From positions 1 through 28,797 of IMG/VR virus record IMGVR_UViG_3300011338_000644: 28,797 nt of DNA; one strand, written 5' to 3'. The notes under the pieces were generated by a model. The model worked only from the letters and a program-made list of their open reading frames with translations, ran no database searches and was not told where the DNA came from. The position numbers and the translations under genes are program-made. The stretch comes from a virus (taxonomy: Duplodnaviria > Caudoviricetes). Shown piece after piece: positions 17,098-27,562 of the stretch (within the stretch, counting starts at the first letter, position 1; every line of letters starts with the position of its first letter).

Positions 17098-20000
17098 TGA
17101 GTAAAATAGTTAATATACAACCAGTTAGTCCTATAACATTTGAATACCAAACCTATTCACCTCAGGATGAATCTTTAATATCTAGTTTTGAAGTCACTAA
17201 TAATTTTAATGTTTCTTCAAGTTATATAGAATATTTTATTTATGATTTAAATAATACTATTTTATATAGTAATGAAATTGGATATAATGGTTATTCATTT
17301 CAAGGAGCAAATGTATTAACTATTGATCCTCAAATTGATTTAGAAACTCAAGGGTATACAGAAGGTCAATACTATACAGTTTATAATTTTTTAAATCCAT
17401 TATTATCATCTAATGCTCTTAATCGTTATTATATTGATCAAATCAGTTCAGATAGAACTGAAATTAGGTTAAACACTACTCAAATACCTAATATTGATGT
17501 TGTATCTTCTTCTTTAGAATTACAAGTTCAAATTAGTCAATCTTTTGGAGGTTATAAAGATTTTTATTTAGATTTTGGATCAAACCAACTTATTATCGCT
17601 AATAACGTATTATTAGATAATAGTAATCCAAATGATCCTACAGTATTAATTAAATTATATGATCCACTTCCTTTAGATTTTAGTTTACAATCTCAATGTT
17701 GGGTAGCAGAAACAATAATTGAACCTTTAGCTTATCAAATTGAAATAACTCAAGTATTTCAACCATTAGATGAGTTTATACAATTACGAGGTCCTAATAC
17801 TAATTTAAATGTTAATGATCAAATTAATAATTCAACAGATTATGTTAATTATTCTTCATTAAAATCTACAACCTCATTAAATAATTCATCAAGTTTAAAA
17901 TATCAATTAAATAGTTTACTTGCTGAAAAAGGAATTTCAATTAATATTGATTACAATTATTTTAGAAATTTTTGTAATTTTTCTTCAGCTCAAACACGTA
18001 TAGAAAATTTTTACTATAAATTAGCATTAATTGAACAATATAGTGTTAGTAGTAGTTATACAACAGGTTCAACTAATTATTATACATCAGGTAGTCAAAC
18101 TATTTGGGATAGTAAAATAAATGATATTATAACTAATTTTGATGGTTATGAATATTTTTTATATTTTGATTCTGGAAGTAATTCATGGCCTAAATCTAAT
18201 AGTACTCCTCCTTATAACAATTTATCTACAAATGCTTCAGCTTCACAAGCTTGGTTAAGTATTAAATTAGTAGAAGCAGAAGAATATGATTTAGAAAATA
18301 ATAATAACTTAATTTATAGTATACCTAGTTATCTATTAGATGATCCATCAAACGCTCAGTATGAATTATTCATTGAGATGATTGGTCAATATTTTGATGA
18401 TATTTGGGTTTACATTAAAGACGTTACTAACAAATATAATGCTGATAATAGATTAAATTACGGAGTATCTAAAGACTTAGTAGCACAAATACTAAGAGAT
18501 TTAGGTGTTAAGATTTATCAAAATAATTTCTCAGTAGACAATTTATATACTGCTTTCCTAGGTTTAACTAACTCAGGAAGTTTATATAACATACCTAACA
18601 TTACAAATACATTACCAGCTCCAACCGGTTTAGAGTACATTAACCTTATAGTAACCGCCTCTAACACAGCGTCTCTAGTAGGTACAGATGATGTTAATAA
18701 AGAAACTTATAAGCGTATTTACCACAATTTACCATTCTTATTAAAGAAAAAAGGTTCATATGAAGGTTTAAGAGCATTAATTACTACTTATGGTATTCCT
18801 GAAACTATATTAAGTATAAGTGAATATGGTGGTAAAGATAAAAATAATAATACTTGGGATTATTTTAAACAAGTTTATAATTATGCTGTTTATACTAGTG
18901 GTTCATCTTATGTTAGTTCATCTTTTACTTTAAATAATAATTGGAACGCTACAAATAATCGCCCATCAGCTGTTGAATTTAGATTTAAAACAGATGGTTT
19001 ACCTTATAACACAGCTAGTATTGCTTCTGTTCCATTATGGTCAACAAATACAGGAGTTAACATTAATTTAAGGTATACAGGTTCAGGGTATACAAGTGGT
19101 TCATATTCAGGATCAACTACTAATCCTTATAATCAATATGCATTTTTAGATTTTATTCCTAATCAAGCATCTTCTAGTGTTTCAACTAGTGTTTATTTAC
19201 CATTTTATGATGGTGGATGGTGGTCTGTATTAGTTAATAAAGCAGGAAATACCTATACTTTATATGCGGCTAATAATATTTACCAAGGATTTGAAGGTAA
19301 TACTATTGGTTTCACATCATCATCATTTGTAACATCATCTGCTACTTCTTGGAGCTCTAGTTCAATATCATATTTTGGTATATCTTCATCTTTATCAGGA
19401 AAAATATTTACAGGTTCACTTCAAGAAATTAGATATTACACTAGCCCATTAAGCCAAAGCGCATTTAATGATTATGTAATGAATCCTCAATCTATTGACG
19501 CTAATGGAATCAATACAGCTCCAGATACTTTAGCATTTAGAGCAGCTTTAGGAGGTGAATTATATACTTCATCAATTTCAATCCATCCTAAAGTAACTGG
19601 ATCTTGGACTACTACATCATCATTTGCTAGTAATAGTAATTTTTATACTAATTCAGGAACAACTTACATATCTAATACAGAATATTCTTACTATAATCAA
19701 CCAGCAGTAGGCATTCAAAATCCTATCACTGATAAGATTAAAGTAGCAAGTATGATAATGCCAACAGGCAGTACTTTATCTCCTTATATTTCAATACAAC
19801 AAAATCCTCCAATATCACAAAGTATAACTAGAGATATTGATTATGTTGAAGTAGCATTTTCACCTCAAGATGAAATTAATGTTGATATTTACGATCAATT
19901 AGGTTACTTTAATATTGGAGAATATATTGGTGATCCAAGATTAGTACCTACTAAAGAAGAATCATACCCTCCTTTAGATGATTTAAGAGATGCTTATTTT

Positions 20001-20915
20001 GAAAAATATACTAGTAATTATGATGAATGGGATTACATAAGACTTATTAAATTCTTTGATAACTCATTATTTAAAATGTTACAAGATTGGGTTCCTGCTA
20101 GAACAAGTTTAGCGGCTGGTATTGTTGTAAAACAACATGTTTTAGAACGTAACAAATATCCATTACCTCAAGCTGATATTACTTCATCAATTGCGTTTGT
20201 AGGTAGTGGATCAACTAATATTCCTTATTTAACAGAAAATATATTAGTTACAGGTTCGTCAGTACAAATGGGTTATATTGAAGGAGGTGAAGGTGGATCA
20301 ATTCGTAATTCTGAGAATTTAATATATACTTCATCATTTTTTACTTTAGCATCTACTGATACTTTAACTTTAAATTTGGAGTTAACAGGACCAGTTCGTA
20401 TCATTAGTGATATATCATCATCACAAGAACAAACATCCTCAGCTATTATAAAATTTTATAATGGTGATGTTACTACAGATGAATTAATATATACAACATC
20501 ATCATTACCACTTAATTATACATTAAATGAAACATTTAATATAACAAGTGGATATTTAACTATACAAAATGACAGTGATAATGCTAATATTAAATTTTCA
20601 AATGTTTTAATATATTCTGAACCTGCTTATTACACAGTAAATGTAACACCAGTAGGTGATTTTGAACAGTTAATAACTAATGAATTTGATTATAATGGAG
20701 AATTAGAAGGAACAAATTTAGTAGCTACAGATGGTGATTTAAATGGCACTAATACATTTTTACAATATCCTAAAGTACCAACTAATTATGCTCCTGTACT
20801 TTATAATTCAAATACAGTATCAGTAAATACATTTTTATTAAACACAGTAATACCAGGATCAGGTGAAATATATCTATTTTATGACACCGGTTCTACTTTA
20901 TCCCCAGTAGACTAA
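17097..20915 (+). CDS. Large baseplate wedge/tail protein (gp7/P2-I-like segment plus LamG-like domain)
   Basis: RIYHNLPFLLKKKGSYEGLRALITTYG; AVEFRFKT..WWSVLV..FTGSLQEIRYY. Confidence 0.7.
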   Translation: MSKIVNIQPVSPITFEYQTYSPQDESLISSFEVTNNFNVSSSYIEYFIYDLNNTILYSNEIGYNGYSFQGANVLTIDPQIDLETQGYTEGQYYTVYNFLNPLLSSNALNRYYIDQISSDRTEIRLNTTQIPNIDVVSSSLELQVQISQSFGGYKDFYLDFGSNQLIIANNVLLDNSNPNDPTVLIKLYDPLPLDFSLQSQCWVAETIIEPLAYQIEITQVFQPLDEFIQLRGPNTNLNVNDQINNSTDYVNYSSLKSTTSLNNSSSLKYQLNSLLAEKGISINIDYNYFRNFCNFSSAQTRIENFYYKLALIEQYSVSSSYTTGSTNYYTSGSQTIWDSKINDIITNFDGYEYFLYFDSGSNSWPKSNSTPPYNNLSTNASASQAWLSIKLVEAEEYDLENNNNLIYSIPSYLLDDPSNAQYELFIEMIGQYFDDIWVYIKDVTNKYNADNRLNYGVSKDLVAQILRDLGVKIYQNNFSVDNLYTAFLGLTNSGSLYNIPNITNTLPAPTGLEYINLIVTASNTASLVGTDDVNKETYKRIYHNLPFLLKKKGSYEGLRALITTYGIPETILSISEYGGKDKNNNTWDYFKQVYNYAVYTSGSSYVSSSFTLNNNWNATNNRPSAVEFRFKTDGLPYNTASIASVPLWSTNTGVNINLRYTGSGYTSGSYSGSTTNPYNQYAFLDFIPNQASSSVSTSVYLPFYDGGWWSVLVNKAGNTYTLYAANNIYQGFEGNTIGFTSSSFVTSSATSWSSSSISYFGISSSLSGKIFTGSLQEIRYYTSPLSQSAFNDYVMNPQSIDANGINTAPDTLAFRAALGGELYTSSISIHPKVTGSWTTTSSFASNSNFYTNSGTTYISNTEYSYYNQPAVGIQNPITDKIKVASMIMPTGSTLSPYISIQQNPPISQSITRDIDYVEVAFSPQDEINVDIYDQLGYFNIGEYIGDPRLVPTKEESYPPLDDLRDAYFEKYTSNYDEWDYIRLIKFFDNSLFKMLQDWVPARTSLAAGIVVKQHVLERNKYPLPQADITSSIAFVGSGSTNIPYLTENILVTGSSVQMGYIEGGEGGSIRNSENLIYTSSFFTLASTDTLTLNLELTGPVRIISDISSSQEQTSSAIIKFYNGDVTTDELIYTTSSLPLNYTLNETFNITSGYLTIQNDSDNANIKFSNVLIYSEPAYYTVNVTPVGDFEQLITNEFDYNGELEGTNLVATDGDLNGTNTFLQYPKVPTNYAPVLYNSNTVSVNTFLLNTVIPGSGEIYLFYDTGSTLSPVD

Positions 20916-20918
20916 TAT

Positions 20919-23327
20919 ATGGCGTATACTCCCGTTTTTTCACAAGGTGTTAAATTTATTAAAATTGCTCGTATAGACAAGCAAGGTAAGGATAATACTT
21001 TGTCTTTACAAGAATTAAATAGTATTAGAATTGATTATAGTGATACAGATATAATAGAATATCCTATCACTTCAATTTCAAAATATGATGATTATTTCTT
21101 ATTTGGAGTATCACCAACAAATGCTACCTCATCAACAGACAATCAAATATTAAACTATAGATCTTCAGCTTCATACACTAGACAATTTACAAGTGGTACA
21201 TCATATGTTTTAAATAATTTTGTACCTTATGGCTCTGAATCATATGATAATTTAGGTTATTTTAATATGAGTACAGGTAGATATACATTAGGTAATCAAC
21301 CTAATATTCCTATAACTATCGCTGTATCTGCTTCAGTCACAGCATCAGCAGATGCTACAAATATTTTATATATTAATTCTAGCATTAATAATGTTGTAGC
21401 AAGCCAATCAGTAAATTATGAACCATCATCTGGATTTTCACAAAGTGTAATGATAACATCATATACAACAGTCCCAAATGTTGGAGAATATTTTTATTTA
21501 AGTTTTTCACCTGGTTCTACTTCTGAATTTACAGGAAGTTATTTTGTAACTCAATCAATAACTCCTAATGCTTCATCATCAACTTTAGTTGTTTTACAAC
21601 CATATATTGATGAAAATTTTTATGTTAGTGAATATAATGTATTAGCAGGAAATGCTGTTATACCTCGTTATAGTGAACTTTATATGGATGTAGATTACTC
21701 TACTAACATTATTCAAGCAGTAAACCAAGCACAAATTATATCAGGTTCAGCAACTAGAGCAGCAGTACAAGATTCAAACTATACAACATTTGCTAACATT
21801 AGTCCAAGATATATTGGTAAAGAATTATCCTCAGCTAAAATAAATGAATGGACTGATGGGGATATATCTTATGGTAAAGTACCTAATGTAAGTAATCCTG
21901 AAGTAAATTTTGTTTCATTTAAAACTTTAACAGGTACTTCTCCTCAATGGGGTAATAATAATCTTGATATGACTCAAGTTAATATTGAATATATTATTGA
22001 TAATAATAATAATCTTACAAAACCTATTAATGATACTGAAGGAATAAATTTAGGAACAATTCGCCAAACATTTACTGAAGTTATAGCTAATACAGTTGGT
22101 AAAGAAGAATTAGGATATATTCCATCTAACGCTACTATTTTCTTAAATAATGTAGAAATATCAGGTTCTAATTTTGCAGCATTAAATGGTCAGTGGCCTC
22201 TTTATAAAAGTGGTTATAGAATTGAACCTATTTTATATACTCAAACTGCTAGTTATGATGCTAATGGTAATATAACTGGATTTGGATATGAAACTACAAT
22301 GTCATTTATTCAAGGAGAACAAGGTCCTAACATAAATAAAAATAATTACATGATGTATGCAAACGGTACAGAGGATATTTTTACTCCAACCATGTATCTT
22401 CCTGCTGGTCTTCATTTTTCACCACCATCAACAATAGGTCCTTCAGGTAGTTTTCGTGATGATCTTTTACCTACTTATTCAGGTAGTATATATAATCCTA
22501 CAGGATCTTTAGCTAATTTAAAAAATGAAGGATACATTTTAGATTTTAAAATTCGTTTACAATCTGATAAAAGTTATACTACTATAATAACTTACGCTTT
22601 ACAAAAATCAATAAATGGAGGATCTAGTTGGACTGATTTAGTGACAACTCAAACTAGTTACAGTAATACTACTGTCACTAATATTTTTTATCAAGATCGT
22701 AATTCAACAACTTCTTCATTATATAGAGTAGCTGCTACTAGTATAGGACCAAGCTTTTATACAAATCCAAGAGGTCAATCAACACAATATTCAACTGCTC
22801 AAACAGTATATTTAACTAATAAATCTTATTTTAGAATAACTCAATACCCAGCACCAAATATTGGCATATGCTTATCACCATTTTGGACAACAGGTTCATC
22901 AGCTAATATATTATTAGCAAGTACAGCATCTAATGGTTTAAATATTTATAGAGGTCAAAAACAAAAAGATATAGAAAATAGTGGATTTAACCCTATTAGT
23001 TTAGATTTTGAACCACAAATATATGATGAAATTAGATTTGAAGGATTAGAACAATTATCATTCACTATTACTAATATTACTTCATCAGCTACTAATCAAA
23101 TGATAATTAATTTAGATCAAGAAATACCAAATAATGTTAATTTAAATCATTTCTTATTAAGAAGATATGTAGATGATCCATCAAGTATTTTACTTAATGT
23201 GAATTATCCATTACCTGATAAAAGTGGTAGTTCTAATAGTACTGGTAACGGTATTTTAAAACCACAATATGTTACTAGTGAAGTAAATACAGTAATCCAA
23301 AACTCAGTAACTCAAAGTTTAATATAA
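20919..23327 (+). CDS. Putative tail/baseplate structural protein
   Basis: 802 aa, S/T/N-rich beta-type composition within the baseplate operon. Confidence 0.65.
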   Translation: MAYTPVFSQGVKFIKIARIDKQGKDNTLSLQELNSIRIDYSDTDIIEYPITSISKYDDYFLFGVSPTNATSSTDNQILNYRSSASYTRQFTSGTSYVLNNFVPYGSESYDNLGYFNMSTGRYTLGNQPNIPITIAVSASVTASADATNILYINSSINNVVASQSVNYEPSSGFSQSVMITSYTTVPNVGEYFYLSFSPGSTSEFTGSYFVTQSITPNASSSTLVVLQPYIDENFYVSEYNVLAGNAVIPRYSELYMDVDYSTNIIQAVNQAQIISGSATRAAVQDSNYTTFANISPRYIGKELSSAKINEWTDGDISYGKVPNVSNPEVNFVSFKTLTGTSPQWGNNNLDMTQVNIEYIIDNNNNLTKPINDTEGINLGTIRQTFTEVIANTVGKEELGYIPSNATIFLNNVEISGSNFAALNGQWPLYKSGYRIEPILYTQTASYDANGNITGFGYETTMSFIQGEQGPNINKNNYMMYANGTEDIFTPTMYLPAGLHFSPPSTIGPSGSFRDDLLPTYSGSIYNPTGSLANLKNEGYILDFKIRLQSDKSYTTIITYALQKSINGGSSWTDLVTTQTSYSNTTVTNIFYQDRNSTTSSLYRVAATSIGPSFYTNPRGQSTQYSTAQTVYLTNKSYFRITQYPAPNIGICLSPFWTTGSSANILLASTASNGLNIYRGQKQKDIENSGFNPISLDFEPQIYDEIRFEGLEQLSFTITNITSSATNQMIINLDQEIPNNVNLNHFLLRRYVDDPSSILLNVNYPLPDKSGSSNSTGNGILKPQYVTSEVNTVIQNSVTQSLI

Positions 23328-23341
23328 AATTAAAATTGTAT

Positions 23342-23350
23342 ATATTTATA
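23342..23350 (+). promoter_or_regulatory. Putative late promoter ATATTTATA
   Basis: Recurring intergenic motif. Confidence 0.55.
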
Positions 23351-23366
23351 ACAAAAATAATAACCA

Positions 23367-24026
23367 ATGGGATATTTAAATAATACTATAGTAACAGTTG
23401 ACGCGATATTAACAACAACAGGTCGTCAGTTACTAGCTCAAAACGACGGAACGTTTAGAATCACACAATTTGCTTTAGCTGATGATGAAATTGATTATAC
23501 ATTATATAATCCAAATAATCCATCAGGTTCTGCTTACTATGGTCAAGCAATTGAAAACATGCCTTTATTAGAGGCATTTGCTGAAACTACTCAAACTATG
23601 AAATATAAGTTAGTAACTTTACCTCGTGGTACAGCTAGATTACCTATATTATCAGTACCTCCTTCAATTAGTTTACCACAAGGTGCTTCACAAGCAATTT
23701 CACCTCAAACATTAAATTATCTAGGAGCTAATACAGTTGAACCATCAGGATATACATTCACAATTTCAGATGTTAGATTATTCTCTACATTTGAAGGTGT
23801 AGGAGTTAATTCACCTGCTGTAACAGCATTAAATGTATCTAATTCAACTACAACATTAGGTACAACAGTATCTCAAACAGTAGTAGGAACAGTACTTAAT
23901 TTAAGAGCTACAACAGTAAATACATTATTCCAAACTTATACTCAATTACAAGCTACATTAACAATAGTAGGTAGAGATAGTGGAGCAAGACAAACAATTC
24001 CAGTAACAGTAACTAAAGTATCTTAA
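23367..24026 (+). CDS. Virion protein resembling tail-collar fibre (DUF3751-like) N-terminus
   Basis: AILTTTGRQLLA..ITQFALADD motif. Confidence 0.6.
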   Translation: MGYLNNTIVTVDAILTTTGRQLLAQNDGTFRITQFALADDEIDYTLYNPNNPSGSAYYGQAIENMPLLEAFAETTQTMKYKLVTLPRGTARLPILSVPPSISLPQGASQAISPQTLNYLGANTVEPSGYTFTISDVRLFSTFEGVGVNSPAVTALNVSNSTTTLGTTVSQTVVGTVLNLRATTVNTLFQTYTQLQATLTIVGRDSGARQTIPVTVTKVS

Positions 24027-24036
24027 TATATAACAT

Positions 24037-25071
24037 ATGTCTTTTAATAGATTAGACCCCTCAGATTTTGTAGTAAGTTCAGATTCAATAACAGCAACGT
24101 TATGGACTGGAGCTTTACCTACATTAACTACATTTTTTACATCATCAGTTCAAGAAGCTGGTTCAAGTGGAGATTATTATTTAAATGTTTTTCAAGCTAA
24201 TCCTCAAACATCATCTACTGCATCAATTCAATTTGCTGTAGCTTATGGTAACTCAGTAGGAAGTGGAAGTGCATTATATAACTCAGCAGTAGCCGGATTA
24301 TCACCTACTTCAACTGTTTATGGTCAATATCAAAATATAGTATTAGGAGATGAAAATACAAATTTTGTATTTGGAGCATTTACTTCTTCACAATTTTGGG
24401 CTATATCATTTGAAAGAGCGAGATATAAACAATCATTATTTCCTGGTTCTTTAACATTAGAATTATCAGGTAGTTTAGGAGTTATATCTTTAACGGATAA
24501 TAGTAATTATGTTGCTTCTCAAACATTTAATGAAGCTGGTAGAGTATTTCAATTAATTTCAGGTTCAGCAGGCGTTAAAGTAACCACAGCCGCTACAACT
24601 ACAGACGGATATAGTTTAAATTCAGGATCATACGGTTGGTTATTACCAGATATTGGAACTATTTTATTAAATCCAGCAGCTTTAAGCGGTTCAGTAGCTT
24701 CAGGTGGTATTGGATTAAATTATAGTGCATCATCAAATTCTAATGGATTTAATAACCAAAGATTATATAGAGCTATAAGTGGTTCAACAGCAGCTACATT
24801 TACAATTAATTCTCAAGAAACAATTACTTCAGATTTTATATTTGTAAGACCTAGAAGTGCAGAATTTAATTACTCAGAAAATCCATCATTTATTTCAGGT
24901 TCAACAGGTGAAGTATTGTATCCTTCATTTATTAACAATCCTCAAACTTATATCACAACAGTAGGTTTATATAATGATACTAACGAATTATTAGCGGTAG
25001 CAAAATTATCTAGACCATTATTAAAAGACTTTACAAAAGAAGCTCTTATTAGAGTAAAATTAGATTTCTAA
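24037..25071 (+). CDS. Virion protein, tail-fibre/collar-associated
   Basis: C-terminal YITTVGLYNDTNELLAVAKLSRP. Confidence 0.65.
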   Translation: MSFNRLDPSDFVVSSDSITATLWTGALPTLTTFFTSSVQEAGSSGDYYLNVFQANPQTSSTASIQFAVAYGNSVGSGSALYNSAVAGLSPTSTVYGQYQNIVLGDENTNFVFGAFTSSQFWAISFERARYKQSLFPGSLTLELSGSLGVISLTDNSNYVASQTFNEAGRVFQLISGSAGVKVTTAATTTDGYSLNSGSYGWLLPDIGTILLNPAALSGSVASGGIGLNYSASSNSNGFNNQRLYRAISGSTAATFTINSQETITSDFIFVRPRSAEFNYSENPSFISGSTGEVLYPSFINNPQTYITTVGLYNDTNELLAVAKLSRPLLKDFTKEALIRVKLDF

Positions 25072-25074
25072 TGA

Positions 25075-26134
25075 ATGGGCGCTTACAAACAATTTTTAGC
25101 ATCTGATATCGTAGTAACTCCCTTCGAAGTGAATAAAGCATTCTACTTCGAAGGCGCTGCAGCTATGACAGCTTCTGGTGTCGGTATTGACCGATTTTTA
25201 GGAACTAATATAACAGGAGCTTTTAATCTTGCTTCTGCTCCTACAACAGGACAAATATCAACTCAATATCAAAGTTTAGTATATAATTCAATTAAAGAAT
25301 TATATTATACAAACTACTTAAGTTCAAGTTATGGTGATAATGTAACTACAGCTAGTTTAATTCCTGGAGCGGACACCGCTGGAGATAGATATGTGGGTTT
25401 TACTCAAACACCTAATTACTTTAACTACTTACAAACTACATTAACTTATCAAAGATATTTTCCTACAGGATCAGGAGATATTATAGGTGTTATATCTATT
25501 CCTTCACGTTTATTTGGAGATTACATTCAACCAAATTCATTTATTTACACTACACCTAGTGGTAGTTTAATAGATGATGGAGAAGGCAATATATTAGATC
25601 CAAATTTAGAAATTGTAGGTAATATATTTTATTACCAAGGACTTATAACTATTACTACTTCAAATCCTATTGGATATGGATTTGTAACTTATGGTAATAC
25701 ACTTTATGGTGGTCAAGAAGGAGATAATGCCTCAATTTTAGAATATGTTACTAGCAGTAATGTAACTTGTTCATTCTCTAGTTCATATAAAATATATGAA
25801 ACACAATATAAATGTACAATTAGAGAAAATGAATTTAATTTTTCTCAAAATCCAAGTTTATCTTCAGGAAGTACAATAATATCAAGTTCAATGGGTACCT
25901 TCTTTACCCCAGGACAATATTTAACAGATAATGTAACTGGTTCTTATTTTTCACCTTATGTTACAACAGTAGGTTTATACAGATAATGTAACCGGTTCTT
26001 ATTTTTCACCTTATGTAACAACAGTAGGTTTATATGATGAATATCAAAACTTATTAGCAGTAGGAAAACTATCCCAACCCCTACCTGTATCACCTACTAC
26101 AGATACAACAATATTAATTAATTTAGACAGATAA
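25075..26134 (+). CDS. Virion protein, paralog of ORF 24037; frameshifted by a 55-bp duplication (apparent stop at 25986)
   Basis: Removing one repeat copy gives 334 aa ending YVTTVGLYDEYQNLLAVGKLSQPLPVSPTTDTTILINLDR*, with TAATG coupling to the next gene. Confidence 0.8.
25924..26033 (+). repeat. 55-bp tandem direct duplication (25924-25978 / 25979-26033), 2 mismatches
   Basis: ACAGATAATGTAAC[T/C]GGTTCTTATTTTTCACCTTATGT[T/A]ACAACAGTAGGTTTAT, two copies. Confidence 0.97.
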
Positions 26135-26592
26135 TGTTAACATTACCAACTTGGGTTTACAATAGTAAGCCCATCACTAATCTCAACGATTTCCCTAAAG
26201 ACACATTCGGATTTATTTATATTGTTAAAAATAACGATACTAATAAATCTTATATAGGTAAAAAAGTATTATACCATAATAAAAAAGTAAAACTAGGTAA
26301 AAAAGAAGTAGCTGAACTAACTGGTGTTGGTCGTAAACCAACTACTAAGATAGTAACTAAAGAATCAGATTGGGAATCATATTATGGTTCTAATAAAGAA
26401 GTAATGCAATTAATTAAAGATGGCAAACAAGATTTGTTTACTCGTACTATAATTAAATTAGCACCTAACAAAAAATTACTAACTTACTACGAAACACAAG
26501 CCTTATTTACCTATAAAGTGTTAGAACACCCAGAGTCATTCTATAATGATAATATATTAGGCAAGTTCTTTACTAAGGATTTTACATTATAG
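26134..26592 (+). CDS. GIY-YIG-like nuclease
   Basis: FGFIYIVKN..KSYIGKK; W..YYGS; FYNDNI. Confidence 0.8.
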   Translation: MLTLPTWVYNSKPITNLNDFPKDTFGFIYIVKNNDTNKSYIGKKVLYHNKKVKLGKKEVAELTGVGRKPTTKIVTKESDWESYYGSNKEVMQLIKDGKQDLFTRTIIKLAPNKKLLTYYETQALFTYKVLEHPESFYNDNILGKFFTKDFTL

Positions 26593-26625
26593 TTTGGCTT
26601 TTTAACCTATCTTACGTATAATATA
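26593..26625 (+). promoter_or_regulatory. Putative host-RNAP promoter TTTGGC-N18-TATA before primase
   Basis: Third copy with identical spacing. Confidence 0.65.
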
Positions 26626-26629
26626 AGGT

Positions 26630-27562
26630 ATGGTAAATCAACTCCTTATAAACGTAGTAAATTCTGTATTAGGTATTGGTAAACAAACGTCAAAAGGCAA
26701 CCACGCCTATCACTGTCCGTTTTGTAATCATCATAAACCTAAGTTAGAAATCAATTTTACTGAATCCGATAAAGGTGACAACCCATGGCATTGTTGGACT
26801 TGCAATAAAAAAGGTAAGTCTTTAATTAATCTATTTAAAGCAATACATGCTGACCCTGATAAAATTAATGAGTTAAGACCATTAGTTAAATACACATCAG
26901 GTGAAAAAGTAATACAAAATACAACAGTATTAGCATTACCTAAAGAATTTAAACCATTAATTAGCATATCAGATAATGATATTGTAGGTAAACATGCTTT
27001 AAATTATATTAAAAAACGAGGCATAACAGAAGACGATATTTTAAAATATAATATAGGTTATTGTGAGGGTGGTAAATTTAATAAAATGATTATTTTACCA
27101 TCATATGATGCCACAGGTAAATTAAATTATTTCACCGCTCGTAATTTTGATAAAACATCAACATTGAAATATAAGAATCCAGATGTATCACGTAACGTTA
27201 TACCATTTGAGCTGTTTATAAACTGGAATACACCGATTATACTGTGCGAAGGAATGTTTGACGCCATTGCTATTAAACGAAATGTTATACCGTTATTAGG
27301 CAAGAATATACAGTCTACGTTGATGTTAAAGCTAGTAACATCAGCTGTTAAGAAAATTTATGTAGCATTAGACAGAGACGCATTAAAAGAAGCGTTACAA
27401 TTTTGTGAACAATTAATAAATGAAGGCAAAGAAGTATATTTAGTAGATTTAGATGGTAAAGATCCAAGTGAATTAGGATTTAGACATTTTACTGAATTGA
27501 TACAGAACACCTATCCCCTAACTTTCTCAACCTTACTTGAGAAAAAACTATATCTATTATGA
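26630..27562 (+). CDS. DNA primase (DnaG/gp61-like)
   Basis: Zn finger CPFC..WHCWTC; TOPRIM ILCEGMFDAI, PLLGK, VALDRDA, KDPSE. Confidence 0.92.
   Translation: MVNQLLINVVNSVLGIGKQTSKGNHAYHCPFCNHHKPKLEINFTESDKGDNPWHCWTCNKKGKSLINLFKAIHADPDKINELRPLVKYTSGEKVIQNTTVLALPKEFKPLISISDNDIVGKHALNYIKKRGITEDDILKYNIGYCEGGKFNKMIILPSYDATGKLNYFTARNFDKTSTLKYKNPDVSRNVIPFELFINWNTPIILCEGMFDAIAIKRNVIPLLGKNIQSTLMLKLVTSAVKKIYVALDRDALKEALQFCEQLINEGKEVYLVDLDGKDPSELGFRHFTELIQNTYPLTFSTLLEKKLYLL

Noticed and set aside
25924-26033. Repeat pair as a DGR template/variable region or CRISPR array
   Set aside because: Only two directly adjacent copies, no spacer, two synonymous mismatches, no reverse transcriptase or cas operon in the window
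26134-26592. Mobile homing endonuclease or intron
   Set aside because: Free-standing, short, no obvious DNA-binding tail or intron structure; resembles a conserved large-phage GIY-YIG-like family
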